From NCBI GenBank assembly GCA_977018835.1, contig OZ361256.1, positions 2,728,001 to 2,792,000 on the forward strand: DNA of 64,000 nucleotides, written 5' to 3'. This DNA is from Minutocellus sp. GHC0000111. Its lineage: Eukaryota. Positions 12,824 to 24,744 of this stretch are shown one piece after another. The notes beneath the pieces are model-generated. The model ran no database searches. It was not told where the DNA came from and saw only the letters and a program-made list of their open reading frames with translations. The translations under genes and the position numbers were made by a program. The stretch's first letter is position 1. The number at the start of each line of letters is the position of its first letter.

Positions 12824-14074
12824 TTACTGGCGGACTGGCACCCCGCTGATCAGTATATTCTCTTCAATTTTTTCCCGTAGACCTGGATCGTCCTTTTCGT
12901 CAAAGATATTAACATCCTTTTCATCAAAATCGAAGCCCCGCGATACGAGAAAGTCGAAAGTTGACCTGGCAATCAAACGATACTCGCGGCCTCCTTCTTC
13001 ATTAGCTGACAACACATGATCAACAATATCCGATTTCGAGACGAATTTTGGATCGAATCCCAGACCAATCAGTCCATCCAGCCAATTGAATCCGCGCTGA
13101 CACATGTACTGAATTGGAATTGTAATGAGCTCGCCCTCCTCACTAACTGCACCAAGCTTCTCCAGCTTTTCTTTGAGGGCCTTCCCTTCATCAGTGTCGG
13201 TCCGCAAATAATGAAATCCCAACTCATTCATCAAAAAGTGAAAAAGCTTGTCTCCTGATAAAATCAGCTCTTTGATGGCTTCCTTGCCGCCTGGCCGCTG
13301 AAGAAGAATGCGGTAGCATTCCGAATCGTCGAGGCATGGATACCAGCATCCTACATTTACGTCACCTGTGTCTTGGTCAATGATGTCTCCAAGAGGGAAG
13401 TACGAGCAAACATCGCAACAAAGAGAGCACTTCGATGGGCATTTCCCGTATTGTTGAAACGCAAGCATACAAACATGGAGACCATCAATCGATTCGATGG
13501 AGTCGGGAATCACCCTTGCTTTCAGGGCGCCGAGGATGTTTTTCATGAGAGCTCTGAGCAAACGGTTATGGGACTTGCGGTACCGGCGGCCCTCTGGGTA
13601 CTCGAAACTTATGATCCTCAGCTTCGCAAATGTCGTTAGGAACGGGACGATTCTATCGACGGTTTCTCTGCACACGCCTAATTTGGTCGCGTTTGGGCCT
13701 GTTTCGGCATTGGTATCATCGAGGGGTTGGAACAAGCACAGAATTCCCACCTCCTCGACGTTGGCGAATCTGCTGCGGGTCGACGGTCCGTCCAGCTGGC
13801 AGCTCTTGGTGAAATTGAGCGCGAGGACATATTTGGATGCCTCGTTGGCAATCATTTTGCACAGCAAAAGTGCCGACCGAACCTCCTCGTAGGGCAGGTA
13901 GTCCAAGGCATGGCCCCAGATCGGTGCCGGCAGATGATGGTTGAGGTGTTCGTCATTGCGCTGTTCCGAGGAGAAGGCGGTGGCGTCTCGAAGGGCCGGA
14001 GCCGGCCGTGACGATGCCCCGGCACCCTCGCCGCTGATCTCGCGCTTGTTGTTGGAGGAGGAGGAGGAGGACAT
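12824..14074 (-). CDS. F-box-like protein
   Basis: ATG at 14074 (MSSSSSS); HLPAPIWGHALDYLPYEEVRSALLLCK is an F-box-like motif; about 416 aa. Confidence 0.7.
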   Translation of the reverse strand: MSSSSSSNNKREISGEGAGASSRPAPALRDATAFSSEQRNDEHLNHHLPAPIWGHALDYLPYEEVRSALLLCKMIANEASKYVLALNFTKSCQLDGPSTRSRFANVEEVGILCLFQPLDDTNAETGPNATKLGVCRETVDRIVPFLTTFAKLRIISFEYPEGRRYRKSHNRLLRALMKNILGALKARVIPDSIESIDGLHVCMLAFQQYGKCPSKCSLCCDVCSYFPLGDIIDQDTGDVNVGCWYPCLDDSECYRILLQRPGGKEAIKELILSGDKLFHFLMNELGFHYLRTDTDEGKALKEKLEKLGAVSEEGELITIPIQYMCQRGFNWLDGLIGLGFDPKFVSKSDIVDHVLSANEEGGREYRLIARSTFDFLVSRGFDFDEKDVNIFDEKDDPGLREKIEENILISGVPVRQ

Positions 14075-14149
14075 CGTTGGGAGCTTAGGTACTGAGTACG
14101 ATCTCCTCTCTCTCTGGGGATTCGAGCAGCCGCAAACGGCGTAAACTAC

Positions 14150-15106
14150 AAAACGGTGAAATGGGAGATGTTTCGAAACGATGGTTTTCCACGTCAGCAA
14201 AACTGGCGATGCCGGCGCGGCAAGACCGAATGCGAAACCGCATTGAGCTGATGGACACACATTTACGAGGAAGAGCACGATTGCGGCTAGCTGGGGACCT
14301 CCACCACTACACAAGACATTCCCCCATCTTTTCTCCGCTGTCACCCTTGTCGAACACCAAGCGATCTATATCTTTATCTGCAAACGAATCAACCAATGGC
14401 AATATTTTCAATGAAAATGCTGCTGCGCGGCAAAAATGACCCAGAGAGCTGATGTTGTTTCTGGAGGAGGGGGTGCCTTTCTGCACGGTACACATGTGAG
14501 TTTATCTTGCTGAAAGATAAAAAATTTCGCCTACACCCTCTATCTAACCGTTTTTGCCATTTTCTTCTTCTTCGTCATCATCTTCTTCTTACCTACAGAC
14601 GTTTCACAAGTTCATTAACGTGGGGGGGGCGAGACCCCCAGCAAAGGTAGGTACAAGCGTGTATCGGCCTACCCTGACGAAAAGACTTCGATGACACTAG
14701 GTTCCATCAACATTCTTCACTTTCGTTTCCGGAACTGGAGATTAGATATCATCTGGGCTGGAGCCTGTTTTGGCATAGCGTCGTCTCTCTTTCCAATGTG
14801 TGGAATTTATGAGAACTACTTGGAGCATGCCCATGATCAAGGGCCTCTTGCACTGTTTTCATGGCTCGTGTCGACAATGACTTCCTTATTTGGCGAAATA
14901 CTCCTGTCCGGGCATGCTTCGTTATTCTTTACAATTGGAGTCACGCTCGCCCTCTATGCACTCACCGATACCAAGCCAAAACCTCTGGTTCATCTACTCA
15001 AGCAAGAGCAAAATAATAGCTGAAAACGGTGAAATTGCTTGCTGGGAGACCGTTTCGCAGTTTCGAAACGACGGTTTTCCACGTCAAAAAAACTGGCGAT
15101 GCCGGC
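14150..15106 (+). repeat. Imperfect direct repeats (14150-14216 and 15023-15106) flanking the captured gene fragment
   Basis: Both copies read aaaacggtgaaat..tgggaga..gtttcgaaacga(t/c)ggttttccacgtca..aaaactggcgatgccggc. Confidence 0.85.
14245..15000 (+). pseudogene. Degenerate duplicate of metallophosphoesterase segment 8093-8823, including its intron
   Basis: Colinear and highly similar (ELMDTHLRG...AGDLHHY...KPKPLVHL). Carries the intron plus indels and a premature TGA at 14437-14439. Confidence 0.9.
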
Positions 15107-15308
15107 TCGCTCTCGCACGCCGCTCAAGCATTTTGGGCGCTGCGTGGAAGGCACTGGCAGAGATACCTTGCGTTGAGATAGTTACCGAGGAATTATCCAT
15201 TTACATTTTTGTGCCCTTGCAACTTTGCTGATCAGAAGCACTCGATTCCGAGACAAAAAAGGCAGCACAACACAAAGTCACCGATAAGTGCTCAAATAAA
15301 TCATCATC

Positions 15309-17117
15309 ATGCCGGACCGACTCCTCCACCGGACGTGGTCCGTCCGGACCGTCAGCCCGTTCGTTCGGACCCTCCGCATCGGCGGGCCGTCGCCCCTGCC
15401 CTTGGCTGGAAATGAAGGTGACGCGGTTGGTTCTATCGTGGCAGTATCTGGCGGCACAGGCGCAAACGCAAACGGCGGCACGTCTCATGCAAACGCGCCG
15501 GCGGCCTCCCATCAAAGTGCCGATGCCAATAACAACAATTGCAATACCAACAACACCCACCAGGAGTGCCGGTGGTACCCGACCCTGAGCGAACTGGCGG
15601 AGGAAATGACCAACCGGCTCCGCGCCTGTCCCGACCTGGTCGACTCCGGCGCTACTTCCAACAATACTGCAAGCGGCTCGGCTTCGGCCTTGGGATACGC
15701 GGGATTGGCGGCAGTCACTGACGTAGGAGGGGACAGCGGCATGCTGGAGATCGGCGGCACGTACGCCGCATTGACGTGGATCGACCTGGACGAGGCCGCA
15801 TTGAGGAGGGGGCGGGACGACGACCTGGACGCCATGGACATTACCACGACGAGCGGGGGGAGTCCGGCGACGACGACGGGCGGCGGTGTGGGTGGTGGTT
15901 CGGGAAGCAGGAAGCGATCTCGCAGGAGCAGCAGCGGCGGCAACAGCGACGGAAGAAGTGGAGCGAATGCGAGCTCGCAGAAGCATCTGCACGTGGAGGT
16001 TCGGATCAACGACGAGCCGGCCGGGCAGATATTGCTGTGCTCGGCGGAGGTTGCGGCTTCTGCGACTGCAGCTGCAGCAGATAAAGCTGCTTCTTCCACG
16101 CTGCCATCAGCTACTGCTGCAGCTGCCCACGACCCCGCCTTCCTCAGCCCCATCCACTCCCAGTACTACTCCCACCACGAACCCATCCACGTCCGGTCCT
16201 TCTCCTATCTCCTCCTCAGAGGCAAGATGAAGGCCATCCAGCCAGTATTGCTGTATCTGGAATCGACGCTGGGATGTGCCATCGGTACGCGGCCCTTTAC
16301 CCCCAGTCCGGCCGACGTGGCGGCATCTCTATCGAATTGGATGGTTGGGACGGTGGTGGAGCAGCGACAGCAGCGCAGAAGGTTGTCGGCAGAGTACCGC
16401 GGTCGCAAGAGCATTGGAAGCGGTAGCGGCAATGGTGGCAATGGCATGGACGATGACATCATGGGATTTGGTGGTGGGACAATGGGTTCCATCCAATCCA
16501 GCGTCATGGCGAACAAGAAGCCGTTGGAGCTGACCCTGGCCATACCACCGCACCTGGTCCAGGCGGGGCTGGAGCGGATCACCGTGACGGTGCCCCCTGT
16601 GTCGCTAACCAGACTTTGCTCGGCCGTGGAGAGGAAGCGGCCTTTGCCGTCGTCAACGCCCGTTGTTGGAAAGGGCGGCAGTCGAAGCAGCGGGGCCATC
16701 ACACCGCTCATGGTGACGGACAGTGAGAAGGACGACGAATCGTCGGGCTATCGACCTGAAAATGGCCCAGCAGTGGGCACAGCACCAGAAACGGCAGCGT
16801 CAGATGTCAATGGGTCTACGTCTGGCGCTGACCGGCAACTGAAAGCACCAGACAATAATGATCATCGACAGGTCGATCACGACGAAGATCTACCCATCCT
16901 CCGCGCCCTACAGTGCTATTTATACGAGGCATTTCATATCGATGCCCGACAGCTCCATGTGGTCAAGGCGGCTACGGCGCATGCCGTCGTGGGTACCGAT
17001 GGCAGGATCAAACCTCTGACGGTCGAAGCTTTGCCGTCGTTGCTCGATGACATTGGCATGATGATCCGTAGGGCGACCGGTGCACGGACAGAGAGTGTTG
17101 AGGCTGGCGAAAGGTGA
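15309..17117 (+). CDS. CENP-L / Fta1-like inner kinetochore (CCAN) protein
   Basis: N-terminal LLHRTWSVRTVSPF, middle YLESTLGCAI..F.PSP..V...L.NW and C-terminal LQCYLYEAFHIDARQLHVVKAATAHAVVGTDGRIK match my recollection of the CENP-L blocks; long low-complexity insertions lie between them. Confidence 0.7.
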   Translation: MPDRLLHRTWSVRTVSPFVRTLRIGGPSPLPLAGNEGDAVGSIVAVSGGTGANANGGTSHANAPAASHQSADANNNNCNTNNTHQECRWYPTLSELAEEMTNRLRACPDLVDSGATSNNTASGSASALGYAGLAAVTDVGGDSGMLEIGGTYAALTWIDLDEAALRRGRDDDLDAMDITTTSGGSPATTTGGGVGGGSGSRKRSRRSSSGGNSDGRSGANASSQKHLHVEVRINDEPAGQILLCSAEVAASATAAAADKAASSTLPSATAAAAHDPAFLSPIHSQYYSHHEPIHVRSFSYLLLRGKMKAIQPVLLYLESTLGCAIGTRPFTPSPADVAASLSNWMVGTVVEQRQQRRRLSAEYRGRKSIGSGSGNGGNGMDDDIMGFGGGTMGSIQSSVMANKKPLELTLAIPPHLVQAGLERITVTVPPVSLTRLCSAVERKRPLPSSTPVVGKGGSRSSGAITPLMVTDSEKDDESSGYRPENGPAVGTAPETAASDVNGSTSGADRQLKAPDNNDHRQVDHDEDLPILRALQCYLYEAFHIDARQLHVVKAATAHAVVGTDGRIKPLTVEALPSLLDDIGMMIRRATGARTESVEAGER

Positions 17118-17404
17118 AAGAAGCCTACTGTTATCGGTTCGATAAAGTAAGTAAGCATTGTTTTGAGTTGATTGCCAAACTTGAATAAGGTTCTTGTTAT
17201 TCAATCTTACTAGAGTATCCATTTTATTTCCATGATAAAATTTTTGTCTTTCTTCATCTCTGTCAAGGGTGACTGACGATGATGACGACGGTGCCTCGTG
17301 CGAGGTAGGGAAGATGAGGGTCCCTAAAATCCTCTCCTCCGCCCCTTCCTTGTGTTCCTTGCGTTTGGCGTACGATCGTATCTATCTTCCTCGGCCCAGG
17401 AATA

Positions 17405-20400
17405 ATGCCTGCCCCAGCCTTTATCTTCCGCGCTGGCCTTCTTTTGCTGATATGTGACGTTTGTCAGTCGATGCAAATCACCCGAACGTGGACGACCAAG
17501 CATTGGTGCTCGTCCGTTGAAGCGCCCGAGTGGCCCTTTGCCTATAGCAAGTATCCTGATCAATTGGAGGAAACCAAGGGACGGGTGTCCAGCAATCGTC
17601 AGGATGTTCGACATGAATGCCAGATGAGAGGCGTCCAGTCCAAGTGCCACATCTGTGAGGACATTGTTTGCAATGACAGCTCCTCGACCTGCCACTCCCA
17701 GCTTCAGGGAGTCGAGTGGAATTCTCTGAGCAAGAATATCCCCACCATTAGCGACGTACCGTGGGCGGTGGGAAGATCGCACAGATATGACTTTGGTGGA
17801 AACACAACGACGCATGTCTGCATGTACACTTCGGCGTCATATCCCTGCACGTCGAGCTTTGGTACCGACTACTCGTCTTGCAAAGTGCGATGTTGGGGTC
17901 ACGGCCATGGTTTGACTGGTCTCAACAATACTGCTGTGGCGGCAACCAATGTGTACGATGGTCCTGTATCGACTTGGCCGAATCATTACGGCACCAATTC
18001 TGCCGGGGTCAATGCCACGCCTTGGACACGTCCCCTACCAACAGCGACGTGGGCCTATCCCAAGAGCGCTCCCGGCGAGCTTCCGGAAAATCCACGAGTA
18101 AAGGGTGAATTCTCAATGTTGCCGCAAGGATTCACATTTACACTAGCTGGCTCTCTTCATGGAGAGGAGGGATTTCTCGACGGACTTGGTGCTGATGCAA
18201 GGTTCCGCCACCCCGAGGGCGTTGCTGTGGATCACGAGGGATATGTTTACGTCGCCGACTCTGGCAATCATGCGATTCGCTTGATCTCTCCTACCGGGCG
18301 CGTAACAACATTGGCTGGAAGTAGCTACCCTGGAAGTGCCGATGGACTGGTAGGAGAGGCAGATGTGCAGTTCTCCAGCCCGTCGGGCATTGCCGTGTGG
18401 AGTAATAGCCAAGGCGAGATTGTTTTGTTTGTCGCTGATACAGGAAATCATCGGATACGAAAGATGACTGGCAGCATCAGTATCGACTCATCAACCGGAG
18501 AGAAGTCTTGGTCCAATGTCACCGCGGAATGCTTTACTGGTTGGTGCGGTTCAGCCCCCCAGGCTGGCTTGGCGGACGGAAGTAGATCAGATTCTCGATT
18601 TGACTCGCCGAGGGGCATCAGCGTCAGCAGCAATGGAACGGTCTACGTCGCCGACACATCCAATCATCTCATTCGCTCGATTGATCCTTTTGGGATTGTT
18701 TCTACCCTTGCTGGATCCACCAAAATTGCCGAAATGAACGAGAATGGCGAACCCCTTGAAGGTTGTCCAAGTCCCTGTCTGGCCGGAGTCCGTGGCTCGC
18801 TCGATGGAGATTTGTTGAGCAGCCAGTTTTCATTTCCATCCGATGTTGCGGTTGCATACGGGGGCGACGGCCTCCTCGTCACCGACTACCACAATGTTCG
18901 CAGCATCGATCTTATTGGTGGACAAGTTATGACCATTGCAAGCACGAGCTCTCCCCAGGAGGGAGAACGAGATGGGCAGGGCTTCGAGGCGACCTTCAAC
19001 ATGCCTGATGCGATTGCTACAACACAAGATGGCACAGCATTTGTTGCCGATGCAACCTCGTGCCGTATCCGACGACTGACAGCGGCAGCCATCGTTGCCG
19101 CTTCAGCTACATGCTCCGATTCCTTATCATCGCTCTTTCGGCCTTCTGGCTGCTCTTCCTATAACCCGCCTGTCGATGAGACCGGCCTTGCCTCTTCGTC
19201 TCTTTCAGGCAATACCCTTTACAACCACCTGCACCGCAGTACTTTCAACATTGATCTCGGGTATGATTTTATTGGAAGGGGCGTCAAGGACTGCGTAGCG
19301 TCACCGCCATCGTTTAACATGGACCGTCGGCGGTGGAACGATACCGGCAATCTGGTAGTTGATGACCACAACTACTCTCAACGCGAGGATCCAAATGAAG
19401 GCACAATCGTCAAGGTGTCGTGTCCTTCCGGTTGTGTGTCATCTGCAGTGATATCGGGCGGGGGGCTTGCGAATGACAATTTTTATTCCGAGGACTCTTC
19501 GGTATGCCTTGCCGCGATTCATGCCGGTGTTATTGCTGCCGATGAGGGTGGTCTCGTCGATGTCATCATTCGAGAAGAGCTAGAAAAGGAAGCGCCTCAT
19601 TTGTTGGAAGTTGGCGAAAAGAATGACATAGTCTCGATACCGCTGCCCAACAATACCGCTCGGGTTGTTTCTGTCCTCTCCGGATCCCCCGATACCATTG
19701 TTCAGACGATTGCTGGAGCCCCAGCAACTTTACTGGGAGATTCTTGTGGAAGGTTCGACGCTCTACCTCCTCAGGAAGCCATGTTTACAACTCCAACCGG
19801 AATCGCGGCCTATGTCAACGCATCCCTGGACGATTCAAGCCATCTACTCTACGTCGCTGATAGAAACAATCACGCAATTAGGGCCGTGAGTGCCGTCTGC
19901 TCCTTTCCATGTGAGAATGGAGGCCGATGTGTCGGCAATGATGTCTGCCTTGGCCCTGACGGCTTTCAGGGAGAAGATTGCAGTAGGCCAACATGTGATG
20001 AGCCGTGTGGGCCCAGGCAGCTTTGCGTAGCACCGAATCAATGTGCCTGCATACCGGGACACTCTGGAGAGGACTGTAGCATGGCTCTCTGTGCACAGAA
20101 CTGTGAGAACAACGGCCGATGCACAGCACCGGATACGTGCAGTTGTTTTCCTGGCTGGTTCGACGCAAATTGTACCACTCCAGTTTGTTCCATGACGTGT
20201 GGCAATGGGGGCAACTGCACAGCCCCAAATTCTTGCACTTGTCCATCCGATTGGATGGGACCAGACTGTCGTACTCCGCGCTGCGGACAAAGCTGTGAGA
20301 ATGGAGGCCAATGTATCGCACCCAACACGTGCAGCTGCCCTCCCGGGTTCTCGGGGCATGATTGCACCAAACCAGTCTGCGAAATGGGACATTTTGTGCC

Positions 20401-22631
20401 GTACAATGAATCTATCGCCCAAGGCCGACCATTACACTGGCTCGAGTACAGACCCTGCAACTTCTCGGAATGGTGCAACGATACTGTTGGGTTTGATTGT
20501 TCTCAACCACTAAAGACGTGGGATATGATGGCGCCAAAGTTTGGTCCAAAGTGGCGTTCAACCACTGGTCGAAAGAATCATTCTCCACCATGCATGCTGA
20601 TGGAAGTGCGGGTCGATGCTCTCACTCCATTTCAGTATCTGAAATCACTGGACAACAGAACCACCGAACATTATCGCTACTCACCGCTGACTCCTCATGG
20701 CCCTCATTCCGATCCATCGCTTCCCTGGAACGCCGCCCTAGAGCCTCAAGAGGGCAACACCGAGCCATGGAACTATGGCGAGGATCGCCAGGTGGCCCTC
20801 GTGGAGCTCCACAACGTCACCCAGGGGTCTTATGCGTGCGCGAATGGCGGGCGGTGCATTTCGCCTGGAGTTTGCGCATGCCCGCACGGTTGGAGCGGTT
20901 TTGACTGCCGCGCGCCACAATGCGGTCCATCTCAAGGCTTCTGGGAGCCTGATCAAGAAACATTTGTTGCAGTCGACAAGGTCGCCGAGTCCGACCTTTC
21001 TGTCTTTGAGCCGTTCATACACTTATCACTGCTTCCGTTGTCGAACTGGCCATCTTCACGTGTTGGACCACAACGTTACGTGCCGAGATGACCAAATCGA
21101 TTCCTTCAAGTTTGCTCTGCGACGAGATGTTCCTCTTTCCTTTTTTGATGACGATGGAGATCCCCAGCTTTGCGGACGATACCACAATCCTGGAGGAAAG
21201 GGTGCCCTCGAAGACGACTTTTCCTATTACAATTCCACCCGACCCAATGCCAGGCCCGAATTCAGCAATCGCAACTGGCAATCCACCACCACATCTGATC
21301 GCTTCCTCTGCAATCGGTGGGAATGGGAGCAAGGCAACTACGATGATCACAATGGGACGGCTGTCGATGATGGCAGCTTTGCCATCGAGTCCGGCCGACA
21401 CATTCGTATCAACCATCCCAATTTTATTCGAGATCCCGATAATCCCGGCAGCTGGATAAAAGGACCGATCGTGAGAGGCGAAGGCATCTACGCGTGTGCA
21501 AATGGTGGTAGCTGCATTGCCCCGGATGTATGTACCTGCGTCGACGGATTTGCGGGAGTGGACTGCCGCGAGCCTCTTTGTCGACATGATATTAAAGTCG
21601 ATGGCACCGTGAAAGTTGGATGCTCGGGAAATGGGGTATGCGCCGACAAAGATACCTGTGTTTGTCATGAAACTCAATCGCTCCTTTGGATGACGCATAG
21701 TACTGCCGAGAGGGGCGTGACAGGATTTTCTGGCAAGTCATGCGACTTGCCCATCTGCCTGCAAGGCTACTTCGACCCCTTCTGCCCGCCTGAACATTCC
21801 CCCGGTGGTGAGGGCTGCTGGCTGTGTCCCAACGGGGGATACTGCGTTGCTCCAGACTTGTGTCAATGCGCCCCAGGCTGGTCCGGTTATGACTGCCGCG
21901 AGCCAGTATGTGAGGCCAAGGTCACGCCCACTATTAGAACTCAGCTCATGACCGTGGATCCTGATAAGATTCGGGCGTTTGAGAAGGATCCCTGTGGTGA
22001 GTCCGCTGGCAGAGGACAGTGCGCCCTTCCTAACCAATGTGCATGCAATTGCGAGGCCGAGTACAATATTCGCTTTTGTCGAGGCATTGGAGGCAAGGAA
22101 CACTGCACCAAGCCCTTTCAAGACCCCCTCTACCGCCTACGAAATGTCCTCTTACCCAACGAAATCTTCGGCACTCGAAGTTGTGCATCTGGATACGAGG
22201 GATATGCCGACGAACAAACCGATGCCTTTCGTTCTTGCCATCTCACCATCTACGAGCCTTCCATGTGGGTCAAGCACACCGTGCTTTGGATTTTCCTCAT
22301 GGTTATGGCGGTGCTGTCAACGATCTGCTGTCGAGTCCAAATCAAAAAGAGGACACTGAAGAATAAACGCATCATCAATCTGCCTTCCGCTGCCAGTCTT
22401 GCCGTTGCTGCAGGTGGTAGAAGTACGAGTGTCGCCTTTCAAACGCCCGCGAGGACGACTCATGTACCGCCAAGATCTATGGAGCCTACGATCACTGATA
22501 GAACCCCAGCGCCAGTTGCATACAGAGCCGACAGACGACAAACAGCGTTTACACCCGCGCCATCGAGGAGGACATCGAGCATGGGTCATCAACTCAGCGA
22601 GCAGTTCATTAGCAAGCGCAAGTCTCTTTGA
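17405..22631 (+). CDS. Large type-I membrane protein: NHL repeats + LCCL + many EGF-like repeats (frame change near 21015-21090)
   Basis: Signal peptide; NHL repeats (ARFRHPEGVAVD..YVADSGNHAIR); LCCL (YSEDSSVCLAAIHAGVI); EGF repeats (CENGGQCIAPNTCSCPPGFSGHDC); TM WIFLMVMAVLSTICC in the second ORF. Confidence 0.8.
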
Positions 22632-22724
22632 GACGGACAGTGGTATTCTACTGCTATGACATAGTTTGGCCTATAAAATATTAAGCATACTGTACAATCC
22701 CTTGCTATCTACTTTGTATGCCCC

Positions 22725-24340
22725 TTATTTGAAGACATGCCCCCTTGTAGACTCGTGTTCTTCAAGGACGCCATACTCATCCCACCCCGTTTCCAGTTGA
22801 AACCTGACGTCGGACGAGAGCATGAAGAACACACCGCTCCCTTTCTTGCTCTCTTTCCGATTCCCAACAAATACTTCCTTTACATTTGCACGATGCTCCG
22901 AATAGACGCCAATGTGACCAACAAGAGAGGGAGAAACTTTGAGCCGCTTCTTCTTTGTTGCCTCTATAAACTCATACATAATTGCCACATCAGTATTCTC
23001 CTTGGTGCTATTGCTTTGTTCCCTTTGTAGAAAGGCAATGAGTTCATCCAACACACCCGACGGATACGCATTGGCGGCCATGCCATACTTCCGATCATTG
23101 CTCTCTAGCTGATAATCAATGTGCTGTTTCCCCGCTTCATTGACTCCTGAATATCTTGTGGCATTTACATCCAAAGCGTACTCATCACTGGTAGCGTAGG
23201 AGGATCTCCAGAGCTCCTTTTGATTGAAATTGAAAATATCATTGAGAGGATAATACATCAAGATGACGCCGGCATTCTCCAGCATTGGCGATGCGTCTTC
23301 CTTCGACATCAATTCCATAAATTTGGGAATGAAATTCGCACTCACAACGACGTCGTCTTCGAGAATCACGCACCATTCCGATTTCTGTTCTTTGCAAAGT
23401 GTCAAAGCTCTCACATAATCTCGTCGCTGATTGGCAAGATATTGCTTTGTTTCATCGACAATTCCTCTGTGCTCTGGATAATCGTCTGTCCAATCATGGA
23501 AAAATGCAAAGGGAATTCTGCTTTGGTATTCGTAAAATAAATGGTATCCGCACTTGCAATCTCTCCTCTCGATATTGATCAAATGCATGTCGATTGTGTC
23601 TCTGAGGTAGTCTGACCGGTGCCCTCGCAACAATGATGTCAGCAGAGCGGCAAGGTAAGGCACATATCGATTGACTGTCAGAATGATCATTGCCACAGGT
23701 TTTGTATTTCCCTCCTCTTCAGCAGTATCTGGCGAGTTGTTGTAGCTTGGTATCGCATTGCCATCAAAGGCATTCATGTAGGCAACACTATCCACAACGA
23801 ATCTATCGTGTCGTTCGATCTCTCGATGCAATGTCTCGGTCGTGTAGCAGGGAACCATGCTCTGATAAGGCCCCCGATGTGCACAATCTGGCTCGACGTA
23901 AATGTTTTGTTGTTGCGGAGTCTGTTGCTGTTGTTTGGGCGAAACCAATTTCATCCCTTTGGGTAGTTCCAGCCTGGCGGTTTGCACTGCCTGCAGCCGC
24001 CGCCTGCCGGTAGTAGTAGAACCATTGGGGTTGGTACCATCATTTGACAATCGCCGCTGTTTTCTCTCTCGACATCCTTCAATTTTGCGCTGCACTGAGC
24101 GACGACGTCTTCACCAGGAGAGGCAGCGGAATACGACGAAGCCGCCGATGTCGTGGTGTTTGGACCAACAAATGCCAATCGCTCAGCAATGATTGGCCGC
24201 AAATCATGTCGATTCGTCGCACCAAGCGCTGCCAAAGCACCGATGCATAAGAACACCAAATCTCTTGATGATACTGGTCGCCGCCTTTTGCGGCTGGCAG
24301 TCGTCGGTGCAGGCGCTGGGTTGGCAGGGGTGGAGGCCAT
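22725..24340 (-). CDS. Type-II Golgi-type glycosyltransferase, PGAP4/TMEM246-like (apparent 1-nt frameshift near 24060)
   Basis: N-terminal basic tail + TM from ATG 24340; motifs IILTVNR..YL, DYVRAL..C....WCVILEDD and PSLVGHIGVYS. One extra A in GAGAAAACAG joins the two frames. Confidence 0.7.
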
Positions 24341-24438
24341 CTGATCTGAGAAGGAGTGATCACAACTGCGGATTTTTCCTGAGAGTTGTGGACTCATAAC
24401 CCAATAACCATAAATTCTAGTTTATCGCTACTTTCACC

Positions 24439-24744
24439 ATGAAGATCGGCACGAGCAACCCGTATCAGGTCAGCAACAACTTCTGCGGTACCCGTAGTGG
24501 GTCGAAGCGGGCTGTGGCAGCCAAGGACGCCGAGAAGTCGACCAAAACCACCACCGTGGGCACCGAGGTGCCGGAGGCCAACGACGAAGCCAAGGTAGCC
24601 AAGCCCGGCGACGGTACCCCGGCCCAGAAGCCCCACGGCGATACTGGATGGAATGGCAAGAGGCGCTGGAACATACCTTCCGTCTCGACAAACGACGGGG
24701 CCTACCGCAAGCACCAATCGAGCCCCTCACAAGGCTCTACTTGA
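24439..24744 (+). CDS. Small hydrophilic protein (101 aa)
   Basis: Strong ACCATG context and C/G-ending codon bias; no recognisable motif. Confidence 0.5.
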   Translation: MKIGTSNPYQVSNNFCGTRSGSKRAVAAKDAEKSTKTTTVGTEVPEANDEAKVAKPGDGTPAQKPHGDTGWNGKRRWNIPSVSTNDGAYRKHQSSPSQGST

